Shown here one piece after another: positions 1-8,562 of a stretch of DNA of 32,000 nt. Location of the stretch: positions 840,001 to 872,000 of the forward strand of contig NC_000917.1 in NCBI RefSeq assembly GCF_000008665.1, given 5' to 3'. Below the pieces are notes generated by a model. It saw only the letters and a list, made by a program, of their open reading frames with translations, did not search any database and was not told where the DNA came from. The stretch comes from Archaeoglobus fulgidus DSM 4304 (lineage in GTDB: Archaea; Halobacteriota; Archaeoglobi; Archaeoglobales; Archaeoglobaceae). Each line of letters opens with the position of its first letter. Positions within the stretch are counted from its first letter, which is position 1. Position numbers and translations under genes: made by a program.

Positions 1-84
1 CTTGAAGAGGCAAAGAAGGTGTTTGAGAACACGATTATCGCTGAGGATTTTATGAGCCTTGAGGTCACCTTCGATGAGAGCTAA
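1..84 (+). CDS. 3' end (last 27 codons) of an unidentified CDS entering from the left edge
   Basis: Frame +1 is open from nt 1 to TAA at 82-84 ([27 protein letters not shown]). Codon usage is GAG/AAG-rich like the neighbours. It is absent from the ORF track because it is truncated. Its stop overlaps the minus-strand TAG (81-83) of top6A within CTAA. Confidence 0.35.
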   Translation, partial: LEEAKKVFENTIIAEDFMSLEVTFDES

Positions 85-1163
85 ATCACGCCAAGCTCGG
101 AAAGTCTCTCCGGAAGATAGACATCGGTAACGTAGTCCAAACCGTACTTTGCCAGGGCCTGCTGCTCTGACTTCTTGTTTATCTCGAGCTGCAGGTTTAC
201 CTCCTTCTTCCAGAACTCGGAGTCAAAGCGTGGGTCGGTAAGAATGGCGTTGAGAGCTTTGATGTCTTCCTCCGTAAGCTTGTCAGCTGGCAGGTCATAC
301 TTGACGATGTCCGTCGGCCTTATTCCGACAAACTGCGCAGCTGGGGTGGCGAGATACTCGGAAAGGTGGGCGGATTTGATGCTTCCGTAAGCTACGCTGG
401 CGAAGATTCTGTAGCTCCAGGGGTCGCCATCGGTGAAGACAACAACCGGCAAATTTAGCTCAGTGTTGAGCCTCCTGAGTAGCCTCCTGGTGCTTCTCGC
501 AGGCTGGCCCTTCAGATGGACTATGATTGCATCGTACTTCTCATCAAATCCGTTCTCCACAAGCCTGTCCCTCATACCGCCGGTTTCAATGGCGATGACG
601 AACTTGGCGTCGTGGTCAACGAACTCAATCTTGTCCACATTGACAGGAATCTGGTAACCTCCCTCTCCGACATCATCCTGGCAGTGTATCTCCCTCACTC
701 CTCTTCTTGTCTCTTCCCTGACTCTCAGAGGGCCGATGACGGTGGCACCATCTTCCTCAGGGCGGATGTGAAAGTGCTCCCTCTGGAAGTTCGTAAGAAT
801 TTCGAGGTCCTCAACAAGCCTGTCGCTCTCCGGCTGCTCTTCAAACTTCGCCGCCCCCCAGCCCTCAGAGATGTAGTAAAGCTCTCTGAGGGTTGAGGAC
901 TTGTTGAGGTTAAGCTGCTCCTTGAGGAAGCCGATAACATACGTCATCTTGAGGATTCTGTACGCACCCTTAACGGTTTTAGCCGACCTTACGGATTTCC
1001 TGTCACCGTAAACCCAAACCTCACTTTCCTCATTAAACTCGATGTTGTACTTGGTTCTCGTTGCAATGTGAAGCTCGGGAACCTGCCCAGCCTTCATCTG
1101 GTCGTATATGTTCTGAACTATACCGATTAAAGCCCGCAAGCATCTCCGCTCTATCTCTTTCAT
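81..1163 (-). CDS. top6A: DNA topoisomerase VI subunit A (Spo11 family)
   Basis: 360-aa ORF. Catalytic-Tyr region '[13 protein letters not shown]' is present. Toprim acidic motifs 'VIAIETGG' and '[10 protein letters not shown]' are present. Length is typical for Top6A. Confidence 0.93.
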   Translation of the reverse strand: MKEIERRCLRALIGIVQNIYDQMKAGQVPELHIATRTKYNIEFNEESEVWVYGDRKSVRSAKTVKGAYRILKMTYVIGFLKEQLNLNKSSTLRELYYISEGWGAAKFEEQPESDRLVEDLEILTNFQREHFHIRPEEDGATVIGPLRVREETRRGVREIHCQDDVGEGGYQIPVNVDKIEFVDHDAKFVIAIETGGMRDRLVENGFDEKYDAIIVHLKGQPARSTRRLLRRLNTELNLPVVVFTDGDPWSYRIFASVAYGSIKSAHLSEYLATPAAQFVGIRPTDIVKYDLPADKLTEEDIKALNAILTDPRFDSEFWKKEVNLQLEINKKSEQQALAKYGLDYVTDVYLPERLSELGVI

Positions 1164-1186
1164 TAAAAATGCATTATCGCAACGGA

Positions 1187-1192
1187 TTTATA
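1187..1192. promoter_or_regulatory. Single TATA element (TTTATA / TATAAA) centred in the 52-bp divergent intergenic region
   Basis: The centre of TTTATA (1189.5) is 26.5 nt from the top6A start (1163) and 26.5 nt from the ATG at 1216. It is flanked by purine-rich BRE-like hexamers on each strand (AACGGA on plus, AAGGGC on minus). Confidence 0.45.
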
Positions 1193-1215
1193 GCCCTTAC
1201 CAATAACTCAATCTG

Positions 1216-1560
1216 ATGCTCTACATCAATTCGTTTCTTGACAGAATGGGAGAGATTATTAGAGGAGAAAAGAGCGTTGAGGAGGCGGACAAGCTTTTAG
1301 ACCAGAAAAACATCTTTGAAATGTTCAGGAGTGACTGCGAGGAAATATTAAACCTTTACAAAAGCGGTAAGGCTGAGAAAGAGGAGGTTCAGAGAAACTT
1401 CTACCTCCTCAAAACGTACGTTGTTTCCCAGCTTTCGATTCACTTCGAAAGATTGAAGGAGTTCGCCGAAAGCAAGGGTTTCAAAATTGAAAAGAAGCTT
1501 GATCCCGAAGTGATAAACGAAATAGCTCTCTACATCGACAGAGTAGAGAAGGAAGTATGA
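1216..1560 (+). CDS. Hypothetical helical protein (114 aa), first gene of the surE-rpiA operon
   Basis: The ORF has neighbour-like codon usage. Its TGA overlaps the surE ATG (ATGA at 1557-1560). I recognise no family motif. Confidence 0.65.
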   Translation: MLYINSFLDRMGEIIRGEKSVEEADKLLDQKNIFEMFRSDCEEILNLYKSGKAEKEEVQRNFYLLKTYVVSQLSIHFERLKEFAESKGFKIEKKLDPEVINEIALYIDRVEKEV

Positions 1561-2342
1561 AAATCCTCTTAACTAACGACGACGGGCTTTACTCCGCCGG
1601 ACTTAAAGCCGCTTATGACGCGTTGAGCGAGCTTGGGGAGGTTTTTGTTGTAGCCCCAGCAGTGCAGAGGAGCGGTGTTGGGAGAAGCCTTTCCATAATG
1701 GAGCCGATAAGGGTTTCGGAGGTTAAAGTAAACGGGATGAGAGTTTTTGCGGTTGACGGCACCCCCACCGACTCAGTAATCATTGGAATGTACGAGGTAA
1801 TCGGAGAGATTCCCGATTTAGCGGTCAGCGGAATTAATTTAGGGGAAAATCTCTCAACAGAGGCCGCTACAACCTCAGGCACTGTTGGCGCAGCGCTTGA
1901 AGCAGCAACCCACGGAAGCAAAACCATAGCCATCTCCCTGCAAATGCCTGACGTGAGCAAGTTCGAGCTGACGAGCAAGGCCGATTTTAGCTTTGCATCC
2001 AAGGTGCTGCGGGGTATAGCGGAAATTGTGCTTTACAAAGGATTGCCTGAGGGTGTGGACTTGTTGAACGTTAACGTTCCGGCAAAGCCGAACGGAAAAA
2101 TTGCTGTAACGAGGCTCGCAAGAAGAATGTACAGAGTAAGCGTCGAGAAGAGGCTGGATCCGAGAGGGAGGGAGTACTACTGGATTTATGGAGAGGAAAC
2201 GGAGGATGCGGAGGAGGGGACTGACATCCACGCACTCAGGCAGGGGTACGTGAGCATCACGCCCCTGAAAATCGACCTGACAGCTTCGGTTGAGTTTGAT
2301 ATAGTAGAAGGGTGGTTTGATGGACTCGAGTGGGAAGTATAA
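1557..2342 (+). CDS. surE: 5'/3'-nucleotidase SurE
   Basis: N-terminal 'MKILLTNDDGLYSAGL' (SurE NDDG motif), 'GINLGENLS', and about 260 aa length. Confidence 0.92.
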   Translation: MKILLTNDDGLYSAGLKAAYDALSELGEVFVVAPAVQRSGVGRSLSIMEPIRVSEVKVNGMRVFAVDGTPTDSVIIGMYEVIGEIPDLAVSGINLGENLSTEAATTSGTVGAALEAATHGSKTIAISLQMPDVSKFELTSKADFSFASKVLRGIAEIVLYKGLPEGVDLLNVNVPAKPNGKIAVTRLARRMYRVSVEKRLDPRGREYYWIYGEETEDAEEGTDIHALRQGYVSITPLKIDLTASVEFDIVEGWFDGLEWEV

Positions 2343-2997
2343 CGCCGCAAAGCTTGCTCTTGAGCTTGTAAAGGATGGCATGGTTCTCGGAATAGGGAGT
2401 GGTTCTACAGTTGAGGTGTTTCTGAACCTGCTCGGAGACAAAATAAGGGAGGAGGGACTGGAAATCTACGGAATTCCATCATCATACCAGTCCTACTTCG
2501 CTGCGATCAGGAATGGGGTTGAAATTGTTGACCTGGTTGAGTTCGAGCCGGACCTGTGCATTGACGGGGCTGATCAGGTAGATGCCAAGCTGAACTGCAT
2601 AAAGGGCGGCGGGGGAGCGATGACGAGGGAAAAAATCGTTGCCAAGGCGAGCAGGAAGGTTGTGATAATCGTGGACGAGAGCAAGCTTGTGGAAAAACTG
2701 TCAATGCCTGTGCCGGTTGAAGTGCTGCCCTTCGCTTACGGATGGGTTCTGAGGGAGATTGAGAAAATGGGATGCAAGGCAAGGCTGAGGGAAGGAAAGG
2801 GAAAGATTGGGCCGGTGATAACGGATAACGGAAATTTTGTTGTGGACTGCGACTTTGGTGTTATAGAAGAGGATAGGGTTGAGGGTTTGGAGGGTGAGAT
2901 AAAGCTGATTAGCGGGGTTGTCGAGAACGGTATCTTTTCGAAAGAGCTGATAGATGCTGTAATTGCTGGGTCAAGTCGATCTGCAAGATTTCTTTAA
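2317..2997 (+). CDS. rpiA: Ribose-5-phosphate isomerase A
   Basis: Motifs 'GIGSGSTV', 'CIDGADQVD' and 'KGGGGAMTREK' are present. It overlaps the surE 3' end by 26 nt. The start could be 2317 or 2320 (MM). Confidence 0.9.
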   Translation: MMDSSGKYNAAKLALELVKDGMVLGIGSGSTVEVFLNLLGDKIREEGLEIYGIPSSYQSYFAAIRNGVEIVDLVEFEPDLCIDGADQVDAKLNCIKGGGGAMTREKIVAKASRKVVIIVDESKLVEKLSMPVPVEVLPFAYGWVLREIEKMGCKARLREGKGKIGPVITDNGNFVVDCDFGVIEEDRVEGLEGEIKLISGVVENGIFSKELIDAVIAGSSRSARFL

Positions 2998-3001
2998 ACT
3001 T

Positions 3002-4060
3002 CTACCATTTGTCTCTCCTCCTTATGCTTACGATGGTGTAGACTGTCACTATTATAACTGCAACACCCCCAGCTATGATGGCCAGCGTTACTAAATCAAA
3101 TTCAAAGGTGTTCTTTACGTTGATTGATTCTTTCAGAGTCTCAGCCCTTACCTTCAGCGACGTAAGGTTGCTGCTTATGCTCTCAATTTTTTCATCAGCA
3201 GCGGAGAACTGCCCCTTGGAAACAAGCTCAACAAGCTCATCAATCTCGTTATCAAGCTGCTCCCTCTGCAGAGTCAGGTTTCTCCATTCCTCCATCATTT
3301 CATCGTAATTCTCAATTTTTTCCCTATCGTAATCAAGCCGGTACTGAATAAAGGCAAGGGTGGTCGTGATTTTTGACAGCTGTGATTTGAGGTCATCGAT
3401 CTCCTCATCGTATTTCTCCTTCAGGGTTCTGAAATGGCACTCGTTGATTGCCTCTTCAACCTCAGCGAGAAGTTTCTCAGCCTCAGAATACTTCCCCTCG
3501 TTGTAAAGCGTCTTTGCCTCCCTGAGCTTCTTCTCGTCGGCACAGCTTTCCTTTTCAAATTCCTTTAAGTCTGAGTAGAACTTCTGCTTATTCACAACAG
3601 TAATCTGAAGGTCAAAGAGCTCCTCATCGGCAGTGACTTTCAGAGCTGAGATGTTCTCCAGTCTTTTTTCTATTACGGGAACGTAGCCACTTACAGCAAC
3701 CTGAATTTCCTCAACTCCATCGTCAGTTTCAGGAATGTAGAAGGAAAGTGTTGTTCCGTTAATTTTTTCGTAATCATCGTCAGGAGCCGGGTGAAGATGC
3801 TTCTTCCCGTCCTTGAACTCCACGGTGACGGTAATTGCCGAGGAGTCGAGGTTTGTTAAAAAGGTGTACTCCGTGTCATCAGCCTGCTTTGAGTCGCTTG
3901 ATGAGGCCGGAATAATTGTGCATGTGAAGTAGAGGTACTCCCCGCCAAAATAGTAGTCATCGAACGTTTTTGAGCATGAGTAATCAAAATCGAAGGCTGA
4001 AGCCGGGATGGTCAGGATTGCTGCTAAAGTCGCAATCAGTAAGAGTGACTTTGCTCGCAT
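3002..4060 (-). CDS. Membrane-anchored surface protein: signal peptide, beta-rich domain, coiled coil, C-terminal TM (SlaB-like architecture); paralogue of 4116-5321
   Basis: I trimmed the ORF to the Met that begins a signal peptide (MRAKSLLLIATLAAILTIPASA, ATG at 4058-4060). The longer ORF-track start at 4147 would overlap the upstream gene. The central region is charged heptad-like with the TPR-like 'LYNEGKYSEAEKLL'. The C-terminus is 'LVTLAIIAGGVAVIIVTVYTIVSIRRRDKW'. It shares 'TVVNKQKF'/'KVVNVQKF' with its neighbour. Confidence 0.75.
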   Translation of the reverse strand: MRAKSLLLIATLAAILTIPASAFDFDYSCSKTFDDYYFGGEYLYFTCTIIPASSSDSKQADDTEYTFLTNLDSSAITVTVEFKDGKKHLHPAPDDDYEKINGTTLSFYIPETDDGVEEIQVAVSGYVPVIEKRLENISALKVTADEELFDLQITVVNKQKFYSDLKEFEKESCADEKKLREAKTLYNEGKYSEAEKLLAEVEEAINECHFRTLKEKYDEEIDDLKSQLSKITTTLAFIQYRLDYDREKIENYDEMMEEWRNLTLQREQLDNEIDELVELVSKGQFSAADEKIESISSNLTSLKVRAETLKESINVKNTFEFDLVTLAIIAGGVAVIIVTVYTIVSIRRRDKW

Positions 4061-4115
4061 GTTAAAATTTATACAACGAGAATTTAAAATTTTCGAGAAA
4101 ATTAAAAATGAAGGG

Positions 4116-5321
4116 TTACCTGAGTTCGTCCCACTTTCTCCTGCCACCCCTGAGTTTGATGGCAGCTACAATGGCCACTGCTGCCACAACCAAAGCCGCT
4201 GCCAGGTAAAGGGGCGAGATCGGAAGTTCAACATTCAGCGCTGGAAGCCCAAAACCCCCCTGCGTTGGCGACGATGTAACCTCAGCGTCAACCTTCTCCC
4301 TGAGAGTCATTATGTCTGAAAGAAGACTGCTAATGTCGTCTTCCAGCTCTTTAAAGGAGTTGTAGGCATCGGAGTACTTCCCGTCCTTGTAAAGATCGTC
4401 GGCAGCATCGTAATCCTTTTTAACGTCATCATACCTGCTCTTGAGCTCAGCGTAGCTTTGGAGATAATTCGTGTAGTTCTGGCTGTTCTCAATTTTGTTC
4501 AGGGCAACCTCAAGCATGCTGAGGTTCAGGTAGGCATTATCAAGGCTGTCTTTCAATTTGGACCTTAGCGTTTCGGCCTTTAGCCTGTCAGCCTGAGATG
4601 CGATTTCATCGAGCTTTTCCTCAGCCTGATTAATTTTATCATCAGCTTCGAGGTACTTTCCCTGAATGTACAGATTATAGGCCTCGTCAAGGAGTGAATA
4701 GACCTCATCAAAGTCGGACTGGTTGTACGAAACGCCCGCCGAGTCAAGATCCGATTTCAGCTTGTCTGCGTCTGCCCTTACTTTGCTAATGTCCTCGCTG
4801 AACTTCTGCACGTTGACAACCTTCACTGTTAGAGGTGGGAGGGCGTCTTCTTCTGCCTGCTCTACTGAAACGCTGACAAGGTCAATCTCTTCAACCCTTT
4901 CTGTCACTGAAGGTATTCTGCCTGTTAAGTTCGCCTCTATGTATTTGACCCCTTTTAGCTCACCTTCAATGACCAAACCATAAACATCCACTTTTACCTT
5001 ATTGCCGGTGAAATCTTCGGACTTGGTTGCGCTGCCGTAATTGTAGCGAATGACTATTGTCCAGTACGGGTTTTCAAGAGCAGTTTCAAATGTGTATGTT
5101 CTGGGTGTTTTATAATCCTCACCTCCAATTAATTTCATATCGTCTTCGGTTTTTGGAAGAATAATGTAGTCAACTGACACAGTATCGCCAGGGAAATAGT
5201 AATCCTTCTCTGGACTCACCTGTGTATCAGGAGTGGCAAAGTTGTCTTTCGTAAGTGTCTCAAGAGCTGCAGTCGGTGCGATTAGAACCACGAGACACAG
5301 GATGAGCATCAGCTTTTTCAT
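4116..5321 (-). CDS. Membrane-anchored surface protein: signal peptide, beta-rich domain, coiled coil, C-terminal TM (SlaB-like architecture); paralogue of 3002-4060
   Basis: Signal peptide 'MKKLMLILCLVVLIAPTAA'. About 200 aa of coiled coil contain 'LYIQGKYLEADDKI' and 'LYKDGKYSDAYNSF'. C-terminal TM is 'LYLAAALVVAAVAIVAAIKLRGGRRKW'. An own TATA-like element (5344-5355) and T-tracts lie upstream. Confidence 0.8.
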   Translation of the reverse strand: MKKLMLILCLVVLIAPTAALETLTKDNFATPDTQVSPEKDYYFPGDTVSVDYIILPKTEDDMKLIGGEDYKTPRTYTFETALENPYWTIVIRYNYGSATKSEDFTGNKVKVDVYGLVIEGELKGVKYIEANLTGRIPSVTERVEEIDLVSVSVEQAEEDALPPLTVKVVNVQKFSEDISKVRADADKLKSDLDSAGVSYNQSDFDEVYSLLDEAYNLYIQGKYLEADDKINQAEEKLDEIASQADRLKAETLRSKLKDSLDNAYLNLSMLEVALNKIENSQNYTNYLQSYAELKSRYDDVKKDYDAADDLYKDGKYSDAYNSFKELEDDISSLLSDIMTLREKVDAEVTSSPTQGGFGLPALNVELPISPLYLAAALVVAAVAIVAAIKLRGGRRKWDELR

Positions 5322-5387
5322 AACCAGAATACAGGCTCGTAGCTTAAAAACTTTATCACAAAATAAAAAAGAGAAAAATTTGGGGAA

Positions 5388-8300
5388 TTACTTCCTTCTC
5401 AGCAGGTACGCCACTGCCAGCAGGCCAGCAATGGCGAACACTGCCTCGAAGCCAGGCACTCCGCCGCCCTGCTGGGCTTCGGTTGTGGTTGTGACAGCTT
5501 CGGTTGTTGTGGTTTCTACTGCTGTGGTGGTTGTGGCAACTGTTGTGGTTGTAACGGCAGTCGTGGTTGTTACGACTGTTGTTGTAGTTGGTGCGGTTTC
5601 AAGGAGTTCGATTGTCTTGATTACGAGGACGTCATCGTCGGCCTTGTACATTGGAGCAAGTTCACTTGCCGGGTCAAGCATATAGTGTTCATCAACCCAA
5701 GTGTATTGGTCGGTTTCGCTGCAAGTATCCATTGTATCTCTCACGTAAACTTTGTAAGTTCCCGCGCTCATCCCATATGTTTCGAAGGTTACGGTAGCCT
5801 TGCCCTCGCTATTGAGAGTTGCAACCTGAGTAACCTTGTAATTTGTACCTACCAGAGTCACAAATATTTTGTCGTATCCTGCCTCAAGCCTGTCAGTAGT
5901 TATGTTGACAACTATCTCGTCACCAATCACCACAGGTGTGTTGACATCTACTTCGAACGTGAGCCCAAGGATTTCAATCAGCTTGTCCTCTGAATCCACC
6001 TTTTCTCCACCTAAGCTCTGCTTGAATCTAAGTTCAGCTGTCAGTACGTAAAGCCCCGGCTCAAGTGCGTCAAGGTTAAGTTTATTTTTCGCTATATCCC
6101 TGAGATCTACCGTCTTGTTGAAGTAGTTATTTGTATCTACGGAAGCCCAATCCGCTACTGTTGTATCTCTAACATTAGGCCCAGAGAGGACGAGCCTAAC
6201 TTCGACATTGTCCCTGTCACCGGGATCTGTAAGAACACTTACTTCAAACTTGGACTGGTATGGAACTTTGCTCGGAGCGGTGACTTCAACGATCTGCGGG
6301 TCGGTAACAGTGACTGCGATAATCTTCTGCGGGTCTGAGGCTTTATCGACTACTGAGATGTTAGCTGGTGCGTAGAAGTACAGATAGTATGTTCCAGTCT
6401 CCACCCCCGTAACGTTCACTGATATCTGGAAATCAATGTTGTCATTATCGTCAGGTTCCATGTAAGGAACATCGGTAGTGTTAATCTTAGATCCTTTAGT
6501 CTTCAGATCCACATCCGGGACTGGTGTATCACCAACCGTAAACACACCTGAATCGCTGGCATAGATGTAAACTCCGTCGGCAGTCGAGGATCCTGTAACT
6601 CTTATATCTCCACCTCTGGGAACTGTAGTTCTGTCGACGCTGATATCCAGCGTTTGCTTAACTACACTAACCCTAATGTCTGTTGAGATGCCCAAACCAG
6701 GAATTTCTGCTGTAAACTTGTAGTCAGTCAACGGAGCCTCTGTGTTGACATCAAGCTTTATTACAACATCGCCCAATGCGTCAACGTAATAAGTTTTTTC
6801 TTTTACGTCACAGTCTGGATCACCACTGCAGAAGGCCAAATCGTCTATCTTGAATTTCACTTCTGAATTAATTTTGAGGTTCGTGTCAATTGTGAATGTA
6901 ACTGTGTCACCTCTCGTGACAGTTGTCTTATCAGCTATGAGTTTTAACTCGGGCTTAACAACCTCGAACGTGGCAGTCTCAGTGTCCGTGTATTCTCCAA
7001 GAGAGTCGGACTGTATTTTCACTTCGGCGATGTAAAATCCAGTTTCAGTCGCAAAGTACTTACCAAAGTAGTCGATCTTGAATTTGAAGCTTCCATCCGA
7101 GTCGATGAGGGAGACAGCATTACTCTTAACTTTTCCTCCTGTTGAATCGTACACCTGATTGCTCAAAGTATCGTTGAATACCTCCTTACCTGAGAGGTCC
7201 TTTATAACCAGGTACGCCTTATTTTCCGCGGCATTGCTTCCACTATCATCTTCGGTACCCGACTTAGCCAAGTTAGTTGTACCCGTGATTACCAAGTCCT
7301 GTCCTTTGACATGCTGCGATGGAACGTCCAAGCTAAGGATCTTCGGCTTGACAACCTGGAACACAGCCGTTGCCTCAGCCCTGAGTTCACCCTCTCCGAC
7401 ATCTATTTTAGCAACATAAACCCCCTCTGGTCTGTCTTTTATTTGTATCCACCACTCGTCATCGCCGCAGGCTTCCTTCACAGTCCAAGCCCCTACAGTC
7501 GAAGCCCCTGGCTCGGGATAGCTACACAGCACCTCAGTCTGATTTGCACCTGTAATAAACACCGCAATTGGCTTTACTGCCTGATCCGTCGACATTGACG
7601 CACCCACTTTGATGTAATCTCCAAGAGCAACCACACTCTTACTGACGCTTATCGAGACCGTTGGCTTCTCAGCCGCTGTTGGTGTTGCTCTAAACACCAG
7701 CACATCAGAGAAGTTGGTGTCGTCCACAAACGCTACCACTACATAGTAACCTGGCTCCGTGGGTGTGAAATCCCAACTGTTAGAGCCGCCATCTTCTGGA
7801 AGAGAAATCGTCATCTTCGATTTGTCGAGAAGTGTAGCTACGTCAATCGTGGCCCCACTCCTTATGTTCCTGTAATCCGCCCATGAAACCACTGCAATCC
7901 TTCTTGTACCATCTTCTTTGGCATAGTAATTCCAATTGGCTTCAATGGTCACAGTCTCCCCAACGTTAACTTGGTCATCTGACAACTTCAACGACGGTAT
8001 TTTCAGTACATCCACAGATATCGGACCGTCATCTTTCAAGTCCAGCGTTGGAATCTGAGGGACATAGGATTCCGGTAGCTGAGTTGTCCAGAGAGTGAGC
8101 GTCACGTTTTGTAGATAGTCTGTTTTGTTTCCAACTGAGATGTTGGTCTGACTTGTGTCTGTTATTGTATATTCAATGCCACATGACATCCAACTGGTCG
8201 TGTTATTCGTCTGTGTTACACTACAGTAGTAATTATTCTTTATTTGCCCATTTACGTACAAGTACACTGTACCCGAAAGAGGCGTAGTGAGGTTAGTATT

Positions 8301-8498
8301 TTTCAGATAGACATCAGTAATGTTTATAGTCAGTGGAACCCTGCCGTAAGTTGGCGTTAAATTGAAATTCTCGACTGTCAGCTCGCCAGGATAAGTCGTG
8401 TTAACCGACACTTTAACCGACACTCCTGCCATCACTGGAGTCGCTGATATCACTAAAAGCGCCGCCATTATTACGCCTATTAATCCTACCCTTTTCAT
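5388..8498 (-). CDS. Large secreted cell-surface (S-layer/adhesin-like) glycoprotein with repeated Ig-like beta-sandwich domains, Thr-rich linker and PGF-CTERM anchor
   Basis: Signal peptide 'MKRVGLIGVIMAALLVISATPVMA'. At least 7 recurring domain starts are visible (e.g. 'VVKPKILSLDVPSQHVKGQDLVITG', 'VVKPELKLIADKTTVTRGDTVTFTI', 'VVKQTLDISVDRTTVPRGGDIRVTG'). There are many N-x-S/T sequons. SD GGAGGT lies upstream of the ATG at 8498. Confidence 0.85.
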   Translation of the reverse strand: MKRVGLIGVIMAALLVISATPVMAGVSVKVSVNTTYPGELTVENFNLTPTYGRVPLTINITDVYLKNTNLTTPLSGTVYLYVNGQIKNNYYCSVTQTNNTTSWMSCGIEYTITDTSQTNISVGNKTDYLQNVTLTLWTTQLPESYVPQIPTLDLKDDGPISVDVLKIPSLKLSDDQVNVGETVTIEANWNYYAKEDGTRRIAVVSWADYRNIRSGATIDVATLLDKSKMTISLPEDGGSNSWDFTPTEPGYYVVVAFVDDTNFSDVLVFRATPTAAEKPTVSISVSKSVVALGDYIKVGASMSTDQAVKPIAVFITGANQTEVLCSYPEPGASTVGAWTVKEACGDDEWWIQIKDRPEGVYVAKIDVGEGELRAEATAVFQVVKPKILSLDVPSQHVKGQDLVITGTTNLAKSGTEDDSGSNAAENKAYLVIKDLSGKEVFNDTLSNQVYDSTGGKVKSNAVSLIDSDGSFKFKIDYFGKYFATETGFYIAEVKIQSDSLGEYTDTETATFEVVKPELKLIADKTTVTRGDTVTFTIDTNLKINSEVKFKIDDLAFCSGDPDCDVKEKTYYVDALGDVVIKLDVNTEAPLTDYKFTAEIPGLGISTDIRVSVVKQTLDISVDRTTVPRGGDIRVTGSSTADGVYIYASDSGVFTVGDTPVPDVDLKTKGSKINTTDVPYMEPDDNDNIDFQISVNVTGVETGTYYLYFYAPANISVVDKASDPQKIIAVTVTDPQIVEVTAPSKVPYQSKFEVSVLTDPGDRDNVEVRLVLSGPNVRDTTVADWASVDTNNYFNKTVDLRDIAKNKLNLDALEPGLYVLTAELRFKQSLGGEKVDSEDKLIEILGLTFEVDVNTPVVIGDEIVVNITTDRLEAGYDKIFVTLVGTNYKVTQVATLNSEGKATVTFETYGMSAGTYKVYVRDTMDTCSETDQYTWVDEHYMLDPASELAPMYKADDDVLVIKTIELLETAPTTTTVVTTTTAVTTTTVATTTTAVETTTTEAVTTTTEAQQGGGVPGFEAVFAIAGLLAVAYLLRRK
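5391..5456 (-). other. PGF-CTERM archaeosortase (ArtA) sorting signal
   Basis: The last 22 codons encode 'PGFEAVFAIAGLLAVAYLLRRK': a PGF motif, a hydrophobic helix and a basic tail. Confidence 0.8.
5481..5588 (-). repeat. Thr-rich low-complexity linker (six TTTT blocks), a likely O-glycosylation stalk
   Basis: Encodes 'TTTTVVTTTTAVTTTTVATTTTAVETTTTEAVTTTT'. At DNA level it is degenerate ggttgt/gtggtt periodic repeats. Confidence 0.85.
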
Positions 8499-8540
8499 AC
8501 TTCTCTACCTCCTTTTCTCACCTTCCATCTCACCTTCAAC

Positions 8541-8550
8541 TATATAAATT
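8541..8550 (-). promoter_or_regulatory. Proximal TATA box for the large surface-protein gene
   Basis: The minus strand reads AATTTATATA, about 43-52 nt upstream of the ATG (8498). The expected short leader carries the GGAGGT SD. Confidence 0.4.
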
Positions 8551-8562
8551 CTCCTGTTTTTA

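Noticed and set aside
1613-2441. Minus-strand ORFs 1613-2002 and 1875-2441 inside surE/rpiA
   Set aside because: They are antisense to two genes with textbook motifs, and they have no start context.
4061-4147. 29-codon N-terminal extension of the 381-aa ORF, overlapping the upstream paralogue
   Set aside because: The signal peptide begins at Met30 (MRAKSLLLIA...). The extension covers the terminator and TATA-like A/T tracts and overlaps the 3' end of gene 4116-5321.
5233-5685. 150-aa plus-strand ORF with striking poly-Val repeats (VVVVTASVVVVSTAVVVVATVVVV...)
   Set aside because: It is the antisense reading of the Thr-rich (ACN) linker of the large surface protein, since GTN is the complement of NAC. 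It has no independent start context and lies entirely within a well-supported minus-strand CDS.
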